This document shows, one piece after another, positions 47,238 through 53,614 of a stretch of 64,000 nucleotides of DNA; position 1 is the stretch's first letter, and every line of letters starts with the position of its first letter. This DNA is from Candidatus Levyibacteriota bacterium. Its GTDB lineage: Bacteria; Patescibacteriota; Microgenomatia; Levybacterales; UBA12049. A model generated the notes under the pieces. It saw nothing but the letters and a program-made list of their open reading frames with translations, had not been told where the DNA came from and ran no database searches. The position numbers and the translations under genes were made by a program. The stretch spans positions 103,105-167,104 of the forward strand of contig JAGOUW010000001.1 in the NCBI GenBank assembly GCA_018061075.1, written 5' to 3'.

Positions 47238-47343
47238 AAAAACCATCATCGTAATAGCAGCTCTGATAATCTTATTTCTTTTGGTAGGTTACGTGCATTT
47301 AGCAGTAGGAATTGTAGATACTTGGCCACTTGCTGGAAGTTAA
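47221..47343 (+). CDS. possible 40-aa single-TM peptide
   Basis: MKIKNKKTIIVIAALIILFLLVGYVHLAVGIVDTWPLAGS. It overlaps the HTH gene's 3' end by 17 nt. No clear start signals. Confidence 0.25.
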   Translation: MKIKNKKTIIVIAALIILFLLVGYVHLAVGIVDTWPLAGS

Positions 47344-47361
47344 AACTGCTATAATTTCTCC

Positions 47362-47739
47362 ATGATTAAGCAAAAAGTTTTTATTCCCGCATCTCCAAAT
47401 GAAGTTTACGATGCATTGATGGATCAGAAGAAGCACTTTGAATTTACTGGAGCTAAAGCAAGAATAGAAAATAAAAAAGGCGGTAAATTTTCCGTTTGGG
47501 ATGGATATGCTACAGGGGAAAATTTAATCTTAGAACCTGACAAGCAAATAGTGCAATCCTGGCGAGCAAGTGACTGGCCAGTTGGAAAAATTTCAAAAGT
47601 TACTTATCATTTATCCCCAAAAAACAATGGATGTGAAATTGAATTTGAACATATAGATGTGCCAAGAGACTTTGAAGAAGATATTAAGAATGGTTGGGAA
47701 GAATATTATTGGGAACCTCTAAAAGCATATTTTAGCTAA
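47362..47739 (+). CDS. SRPBCC/AHSA1-family protein
   Basis: 'IPASPNEVYDALMD...GGKFSVWDGYATGENL...IVQSWR'. Confidence 0.65.
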   Translation: MIKQKVFIPASPNEVYDALMDQKKHFEFTGAKARIENKKGGKFSVWDGYATGENLILEPDKQIVQSWRASDWPVGKISKVTYHLSPKNNGCEIEFEHIDVPRDFEEDIKNGWEEYYWEPLKAYFS

Positions 47740-47860
47740 CTTAAGCAATTTGATTCTTTTATTTAAGGTGAATAATTCAGATTTAAGATTAAAAATTGGT
47801 GCTACTAATTATGGGTATTGAGTTTGGATAAAACAGACAGAATTTAATTTTGTTGTAGGG

Positions 47861-48361
47861 TTATTCGCCGGCTTTTCGGATTGCTTCTAGATCAAGTTTT
47901 TTCATTGGCATAAATACAGCAGTTACTGCCTCCGTTTTTTCAGGGTCTCTCATCATTTCATCCAAGATTCTAGGAACTACTTGCCATGTTACACCAAATT
48001 TATCTGTACACCATCCGCATTGCTCGGCTTCTGGAACTGCTGAAAGGGCCTCCCAGAAGTAGTCAATTTCTTCTTGTGTTTCACATTCTATAATGTAGGA
48101 CGTAGCACCATTAAGCTTAAACTGTTCAACTGGGCCTCCGTTAAGAAACATGAAGCTTATTCCGTCAATTTCGCATTCAGCTGTCATTACAGATCCTTCA
48201 GGTATTCCCGAAACTTCCTCGCTTGCTTTTGGGGCTTTTGTGATGTCTCCAATTTTTGCAGAATGTTCTCCAGGTGCTGAATTAAAAGTATCTATATAGT
48301 AATTTGCTGCCTCTTCTCCGTCATTTTTGGCAAACCAGATGCATGTAATTAGTTTACTCAT
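47861..48361 (-). CDS. PhnB-like VOC protein (3-demethylubiquinone-9 3-methyltransferase-domain family)
   Basis: 'ITCIWFAKNDGEEAANYYIDTF' and 'CGWCTDKFGVTWQV'. TGtTAGAAT sits 7 nt upstream of the ATG. Confidence 0.7.
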   Translation of the reverse strand: MSKLITCIWFAKNDGEEAANYYIDTFNSAPGEHSAKIGDITKAPKASEEVSGIPEGSVMTAECEIDGISFMFLNGGPVEQFKLNGATSYIIECETQEEIDYFWEALSAVPEAEQCGWCTDKFGVTWQVVPRILDEMMRDPEKTEAVTAVFMPMKKLDLEAIRKAGE

Positions 48362-48368
48362 TTAATTT

Positions 48369-48377
48369 ATTCTAACA
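48369..48377 (-). promoter_or_regulatory. extended -10 (TGtTAGAAT), 7 nt before ATG 48361
   Basis: Read directly. Confidence 0.6.
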
Positions 48378-48500
48378 TATCGTAATGCTCATTTTGTATT
48401 AGTTTGGCAAAAACTTTGTAAGTCTATTACAGGTTTGTTTTTTACTTAACGTTCAAATACTTTGAACGCATTTCATTGTGTAGGTTTAATTTAAATTAAT

Positions 48501-48932
48501 TCAGGAAGCTGGTTGAGAAATATGCTGGGTCTTTATCGCGTTTAATATGCTTCTTACTACTGGTTTTGGACTGGGTGTTATGCCTTGATCAATGTAATAA
48601 AGTGCATCTGTCTTACTCGCTTCTGCTTCTTCAAGTTTAGTTATAGATCCACTAATCTGCTGTACGGCACTCAAATAGCCTGGTAATTCGTTCTCTCTTA
48701 GTCTAATTCTTTCACGAATCGATCGAATATCATCTTCAATTGTTGCTTCATCTTTAGAGAATTCAACCAGCCCTAACTTGGCTTGTCTATCATATAAATC
48801 TACTTGATCACAAAAAGCTTTTGATTTGGTAGAGCCCATGGGATTGCCCTCCAGCCATTTGTTTATTTCGGTTGTAATATCAGCGCCAGAATTTTCAGGA
48901 GAAGAATGACCAGTATCAAGTGGTTCTGTCAT
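48501..48932 (-). CDS. hypothetical protein (GC-rich orphan). The start is either Met1, 1 nt after the tRNA-Asn discriminator base, or Met32 (48839) behind a GGAGG
   Basis: 143-codon ORF. GGAGG (48852..48848) lies 8 nt before the in-frame ATG 48839. No motif was recognised. Confidence 0.5.
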   Translation of the reverse strand: MTEPLDTGHSSPENSGADITTEINKWLEGNPMGSTKSKAFCDQVDLYDRQAKLGLVEFSKDEATIEDDIRSIRERIRLRENELPGYLSAVQQISGSITKLEEAEASKTDALYYIDQGITPSPKPVVRSILNAIKTQHISQPAS

Positions 48933-48933
48933 G

Positions 48934-49005
48934 CTCCGTGACTAGGACTCGAACCTAGAACCTTTTCGTTAACAGCGAATTGCTCTACCATTGAGCTATC
49001 ACGGA
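48934..49005 (-). tRNA. tRNA-Asn (anticodon GUU), no encoded CCA
   Basis: Manual cloverleaf: acceptor TCCGTGA/TCACGGA, D arm GCTC-AATGGTA-GAGC, anticodon loop CTGTTAA, T arm CTAGG-TTCGAGT-CCTAG, discriminator G. Length 72 nt. Confidence 0.9.
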
Positions 49006-49028
49006 ATGAACTCTATATGAGTTCAAAC

Positions 49029-49057
49029 ATTTTACCATCCACGAGGCTGGGATTCAA
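49029..49057 (-). promoter_or_regulatory. TTGAAT-17-TAAAAT promoter, 23 nt upstream of the tRNA-Asn 5' end
   Basis: Read directly. Confidence 0.65.
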
Positions 49058-49112
49058 GAACTTAAAGATAGGTTATTGATTTAAATTAATTTCGATCTAT
49101 ACTAATAAATTA

Positions 49113-50681
49113 GTGACCACAGAGATACCGACAGGACGGCCTGATGGAATACCCGGACAAAACGGGCATGCTTTTTTCTCCACTGAAAAACCTTTAGCAG
49201 CACCCCAAACAATTGGCAGTCATTTTACAGAACAAGCGTTAAGAGAAGCTGAAGAATTTGTTGTCACCCCAGAGCTCTTAGCAGGACGTCCTCGAGTAGG
49301 AGGATTTACGACTGATGGAATTTTGACCAGGGATAGAGATGACGCTTATGATGTGGAACCGGATGGATCAGGGCTTTTACTCCATGTTTCCTTAGCGGAT
49401 ACATCAATAGCAGTCCCGCCTGGTGGAGAGTTAGATAGGGTGGTTGCAGAAAAATCATTTAGTAGATATTTTGGGGAACATGGAAATGACCCTATGCTTC
49501 CGAGAGTTCTATCTGAGGATAGACTAAGCCTAAACGAAGGAGAGCTTAGGCCTGCAGTTACGCTTACTATTCCCTTAGGGAGAAAGCTCGATCTGGGGGA
49601 ACCTGTAATTCGTAGAACTGCATTCACAAGTAGACATGCGATGACATATCCAGAAGCAGACGAGGTGCTGAAAGGAGCAAGGCATCCTGAAAGAGAAAGA
49701 ATCTTAATTGCATTTGCGCTAGCAAATAGACTCGCTCAAGCAAGAGGAGGAGTTTATGATTTCCAGAATATGAGAGAGGTGTCAGAGGAAGGAAGAGTTA
49801 GATTTATGAATTGGGGAGAAGCATATTCATCAATGATGATAATTAGAGAGCTTATGATTAAAGCCAATATGACGATTGCAGACTTTGCAGCAAGAAATGA
49901 TGTCCCAATACTTTTTAGATCGCATGATGCAATGGATGTTCCCGCTTATTATTCGAGTTCATTTAATGGCCACGCAGGATTAGGGTTTGATAAAGATAGG
50001 CCTTATGCCCATACGACTTCAGGAAATAGAAGAAGAGCGGATATGATAACAGGAAGTCAGGTTATGGATTTTGTAGAAGGAAGACCTCTTGGATACTCGA
50101 AGGAAGAAATTGATCAGATAGCGGCGCAAATAAATGCTTCACCGCGTGATTTTATGAATGGTGAGCAAAAAAGAGCATATACGAAGGCAGTTATGGATTC
50201 TAAAGTTAGAGCGGCGCTTAATAATGGGGGAAATTTTGACGGATTAGTTCCAAGAAGAGTAGTAAAAGTAGCGCTGAATGAAGGAAGAGCGGGAGACATT
50301 CGCAGTTGGATTTTTGAAGGATTAGAAAGAGGAGCAATTCGACCGAGAGATATTATACCGGTTTTATTTTCCTCAACTAATGAAAAAAGTGCGCTTGGAA
50401 TAATAGATGAATTATTAGTTGAACATCCGACTTTGTGTCGTGAGCTTTTGGAAATTTTTTGCAGAGAAAAACAATTACCACCTCCATATTTTCAAAGAGA
50501 AGGCGTTGCATATAGAGATGATGGATTGCATGTTTCAGTGGTCTCACTTTCTTTAGAAGAAGAAACTGTTTTTTCAGATCCCGCGTATGGAGAAGGAAGA
50601 GCTGTTTCTAGATCAGTTGCTGCAGTAAGTTTAATTTCAAAACTAAGAAGAAATCCGAATTTCCAGCGGTACTTAGAATAA
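49113..50681 (+). CDS. RNB-domain (RNase II/R-like) exoribonuclease lacking CSD/S1 domains, with dsRBD-like C-terminus
   Basis: Motif I 'LTRDRDDAYDV' and 'YFGEHGNDPMLPRVLSEDRLSLNEGELRPAVTL'. C-terminal 'LLEIFCREKQLPPPYF...YGEGRAVSRSVAAVSLISKL'. GTG start sits 9 nt after TATACT. Confidence 0.65.
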   Translation: MTTEIPTGRPDGIPGQNGHAFFSTEKPLAAPQTIGSHFTEQALREAEEFVVTPELLAGRPRVGGFTTDGILTRDRDDAYDVEPDGSGLLLHVSLADTSIAVPPGGELDRVVAEKSFSRYFGEHGNDPMLPRVLSEDRLSLNEGELRPAVTLTIPLGRKLDLGEPVIRRTAFTSRHAMTYPEADEVLKGARHPERERILIAFALANRLAQARGGVYDFQNMREVSEEGRVRFMNWGEAYSSMMIIRELMIKANMTIADFAARNDVPILFRSHDAMDVPAYYSSSFNGHAGLGFDKDRPYAHTTSGNRRRADMITGSQVMDFVEGRPLGYSKEEIDQIAAQINASPRDFMNGEQKRAYTKAVMDSKVRAALNNGGNFDGLVPRRVVKVALNEGRAGDIRSWIFEGLERGAIRPRDIIPVLFSSTNEKSALGIIDELLVEHPTLCRELLEIFCREKQLPPPYFQREGVAYRDDGLHVSVVSLSLEEETVFSDPAYGEGRAVSRSVAAVSLISKLRRNPNFQRYLE

Positions 50682-50688
50682 AAAAGTC

Positions 50689-50717
50689 TTGACAATTCGG
50701 GCTAAACGAGCGAATAT
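50689..50717 (+). promoter_or_regulatory. TTGACA-17-GAATAT, 6 nt before ATG 50724
   Basis: Read directly. Confidence 0.6.
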
Positions 50718-50723
50718 TAATTT

Positions 50724-51272
50724 ATGCCAAGTCCTGATACGGCTCCCCAAGTTGAGCATCCCGCTCTTTCTCCAAAAAGAGAGAATATGACTCGTGAAGA
50801 CAGGATAAAGCATAATATTGCACGGCAATTTGCGCTGGGTCCACTTGGAGACCCAACTGTTACTGGGTTGAAGTTAAGGCGCGATCCGTATAGCAATGAA
50901 ATAGGTAATAATATTCCTATGAGTGCGAGTATAGCTGAGTCTACTGATCCTTATAAAACATGGGATACTCAAGTTCTGGATCCACGTGGGGTATTTGCAA
51001 GTCCACAAGAGTTTGCTCTACTGGTTAGGCAATATCGATTAGAATTGACCCAAGATCCCGTAGCTGCAAGAAGAATTGCTATGGAAGAGGAAGAAATAGT
51101 TCTTGGACAGCAAAGGCAAGAAGAAATTTGGACTATGGAAATTGCCGCTCGTGATCGAAAGCTTGCTGATGAACGCAATCGAACACTTGCAGCGCTAGAT
51201 GCCAGAGATGAATCTAGGCCACCTCAGGATGTTTTTGTAGCGGAAGGTTTTGACGATCAGAGAGCTGCTTAA
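50724..51272 (+). CDS. hypothetical protein (GC-rich orphan, charged coiled-coil-like C-terminus)
   Basis: Own TTGACA-17-GAATAT-6-ATG promoter. 182 aa. No motif was recognised. Confidence 0.55.
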   Translation: MPSPDTAPQVEHPALSPKRENMTREDRIKHNIARQFALGPLGDPTVTGLKLRRDPYSNEIGNNIPMSASIAESTDPYKTWDTQVLDPRGVFASPQEFALLVRQYRLELTQDPVAARRIAMEEEEIVLGQQRQEEIWTMEIAARDRKLADERNRTLAALDARDESRPPQDVFVAEGFDDQRAA

Positions 51273-51276
51273 TTCC

Positions 51277-51305
51277 TTGACATTTTTTAATGAGTTTTCT
51301 ATTAT
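51277..51305 (+). promoter_or_regulatory. TTGACA-17-TATTAT, 8 nt before sodN ATG 51314
   Basis: Read directly. Confidence 0.65.
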
Positions 51306-51313
51306 CATTCCAC

Positions 51314-51793
51314 ATGAAGCTTAGTTTTATATTTGATTTACTCCCTCAGAATGTTGCATTTGCACACTGTGATATTCCATGCGGAATCTATGATCCACAT
51401 CAGGCGCAGGTCGCCGTACATACTATTATAAGAATGACTGAGCTTTTAGGTCTTATAAAAAGAGACGACGAATTAAAAGCAGAGCATGATGTAAGTAGGG
51501 TTACTCATGTAAAAGAAGAGCATTCAAATATTTTAGAGCATGAGCTTGGAACTTTAGAAAAAGATTATTTTAAGGAAGAGCATTATTCTGAATATAAAGA
51601 ATTAAAAAGTTTATTTGAAATAGCTTCTAGGTTGGGAGCAAAAACAAGACAGGGAATAGATATGGAATCAGGAAAAGATCTTTTAGAAACTGTAATGCAA
51701 ATATCAGAAGTATTCTTTAAATCAAAAGGACTTGAGTCACATAGAGTCAAAGCACCATATCCTACTGACCTAGAAATTGTGGTACAAAGTTAA
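51314..51793 (+). CDS. sodN: nickel superoxide dismutase precursor (start revised from 51290)
   Basis: Ni-hook 'HCDIPCGIYDP' follows a 17-aa leader (MKLSFIFDLLPQNVAFA). TTGACA-17-TATTAT lies 8 nt before ATG 51314. The track's ATG lies inside the promoter spacer. Confidence 0.9.
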   Translation: MKLSFIFDLLPQNVAFAHCDIPCGIYDPHQAQVAVHTIIRMTELLGLIKRDDELKAEHDVSRVTHVKEEHSNILEHELGTLEKDYFKEEHYSEYKELKSLFEIASRLGAKTRQGIDMESGKDLLETVMQISEVFFKSKGLESHRVKAPYPTDLEIVVQS

Positions 51794-52077
51794 TGCTTCT
51801 TTCCCGCTTTAAAATATCAGGACACTCAATGACCCCCACATATTCGGAAGGTGACAATGTCTTAGTAAGTTCACTGCCTTTAATTTTTACAAAACCCAAG
51901 AAGAGAGACGTGGTAGTTTTTGAAAAATTCAACAGATTTTATATTAAAAGAATTGATAAGATGGAAAAAGGAAAATACTTTTTGGTTGGCGACAATAAGA
52001 AAGACAGTTTTGATAGTCGCCGGTTTGGATCCGTTAAAAGGGAGCAGATAAAAGCCAAGGTAATCCTCAAAATTTAA
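51793..52077 (+). CDS. sodX: NiSOD maturation protease (S26 signal-peptidase-like)
   Basis: 'SGHSMTPTY' (Ser nucleophile), 'YIKRI' (Lys) and 'VGDNKKDSFDSRRFG'. It lies immediately after sodN. Confidence 0.8.
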   Translation: MLLSRFKISGHSMTPTYSEGDNVLVSSLPLIFTKPKKRDVVVFEKFNRFYIKRIDKMEKGKYFLVGDNKKDSFDSRRFGSVKREQIKAKVILKI

Positions 52078-52593
52078 GTGATTATAAATTTAATATTTTT
52101 AGTATTAATAATTTTATCTCTAATTCTTCTCTCCTGGATTTGGCCCCCTGATTCTCCTTGGGCACCAAACTGGAGAACAAAAAAGCGTACTGCAAGAGCT
52201 GCTTTTAAGCTGGCAAAAGTTTCAAAAAAAGATATAGTTTATGAGCTTGGAAGCGGAGAGGCAACAGCGCTTATGGTAGCCGCTAAGGATTTTGGTGCAA
52301 AAGGAGTAGGGATTGAAATAGAGCCTTTTAGGTTTTTACTTTCTAAATTTACCATTCTTAGACTGAGATTATCAAAAAGAATAAAGCTTATCAGGGGGAA
52401 TTTTTATGAAGAAAATTTAAGTGACGCAACTGTTCTTTACGTATATTTAGTTCCCAAGACTTTGAATAGGTTAATTCCGAAATTTAAAAAAGAATTAAAA
52501 AAAGGAACTAGAATAGTTTCTTATAAATATGAAATGAATTTACCACTTAAAAAAATTGACAAAGAAAATGAGCTGAGGCTTTATGTTATCTAA
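52078..52593 (+). CDS. class I SAM-dependent methyltransferase with N-terminal TM helix
   Basis: Motif I 'VYELGSGEATAL' plus 'GVGIEIEP'. GTG start abuts the sodX stop. Confidence 0.55.
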   Translation: MIINLIFLVLIILSLILLSWIWPPDSPWAPNWRTKKRTARAAFKLAKVSKKDIVYELGSGEATALMVAAKDFGAKGVGIEIEPFRFLLSKFTILRLRLSKRIKLIRGNFYEENLSDATVLYVYLVPKTLNRLIPKFKKELKKGTRIVSYKYEMNLPLKKIDKENELRLYVI

Positions 52594-53614
52594 GTTTTTT
52601 AGTTTTTAAATAAGCCCATCTTACTTTATCTGCTACAGTTAAGAGTCTGTAATTCAACGGATTAATTACTAAGTCATAGCTTCCCACAAATTCAGTTAGT
52701 ACTGCTCCAAATCCTTCTTTAAATCTATGAAATCCATAATAAGGATTATCGGGTTTTGGATCTGGGACATTTGCAGCTCCCCACATATCAAATTTAGTTA
52801 ACCCAAGACTTTTACCAAATTTAACCCCTTCCCACATGGTTAAGGGAGAAGCCATCACTTCACGATTTTCGTCCGATGATGCGCCATATGGATAGTAAAG
52901 CGTATCTTTAAAAGTAAATAGCACAAATGTTACTAGGGTTTTATTTTTATATTCACCGCGAAGCAAATGCGCCTGTAATTTATTTGGATTAAAATCTTCA
53001 TTATTTTTATTTCCTAAAGTTTCCCACATTAATTTGTGATATTTCTCATCATGTGCATAGAATTTTTGTCTTTTTGTAGTTTCTTTTGTGAGTTTTAGAT
53101 AATGCTTGAAAGACTCATCGCTATTATCAATTCTTACGCTTACTCCGTGTCTTTGGGAAAGCCTTATGTTATACCTTGTTTTAGAATGCATATTCTTAAG
53201 AAGTTCTTCCTCGGAAAGAGTTAGGTCCAGAATAAAAGAATATTTTGTAAAAAGCGGATGGAAAGAAGATCTTAGATTCTTGCTGACTCCTGCTTTTTGG
53301 TCAGCATATATATTTGGTTCCAGCTGAATAAAGCTTAAATTGTTTTCATTTCCTGTTTTTTGAAGTTCTAGTATCTCGTCTTCTGATGGGAGTTTTCCCT
53401 TAGGAAAGTAGCCAATGAGATATGGAAAATTTGGAGTTTTATGAACTGATATTTGATATGGATTAGTTACCTTATTTCCAGCTATAACACCTCTTCTTAT
53501 TATTCCAACACCTGTTTTTTTTCTAAACTCTCCCCACTCAAAAGATTGAAGCGGATGATGCGCGTCGATATTAAATGAATCTGCTAGATTTTCCCCGATG
53601 TCTGAGAAGGTCAT
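52586..53614 (-). CDS. FemAB-family peptidoglycan bridge-formation (aminoacyl)transferase
   Basis: 'LQSFEWGEFRKKTG' start. Length and 'YYPYGASS' are typical of FemAB-like proteins. Confidence 0.6.
   Translation of the reverse strand: MTFSDIGENLADSFNIDAHHPLQSFEWGEFRKKTGVGIIRRGVIAGNKVTNPYQISVHKTPNFPYLIGYFPKGKLPSEDEILELQKTGNENNLSFIQLEPNIYADQKAGVSKNLRSSFHPLFTKYSFILDLTLSEEELLKNMHSKTRYNIRLSQRHGVSVRIDNSDESFKHYLKLTKETTKRQKFYAHDEKYHKLMWETLGNKNNEDFNPNKLQAHLLRGEYKNKTLVTFVLFTFKDTLYYPYGASSDENREVMASPLTMWEGVKFGKSLGLTKFDMWGAANVPDPKPDNPYYGFHRFKEGFGAVLTEFVGSYDLVINPLNYRLLTVADKVRWAYLKTKKLR

Noticed and set aside
48489-49091. A 13-nt direct repeat ATTTAAATTAATT (48489..48501 and 49079..49091) flanks the orphan ORF plus tRNA-Asn. 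It could be att-like island borders.
   Set aside because: It is a pure A/T 13-mer in a very AT-rich genome, and related strings occur elsewhere (for example near 15001). There is no integrase and no partial tRNA duplication. A chance match is plausible.
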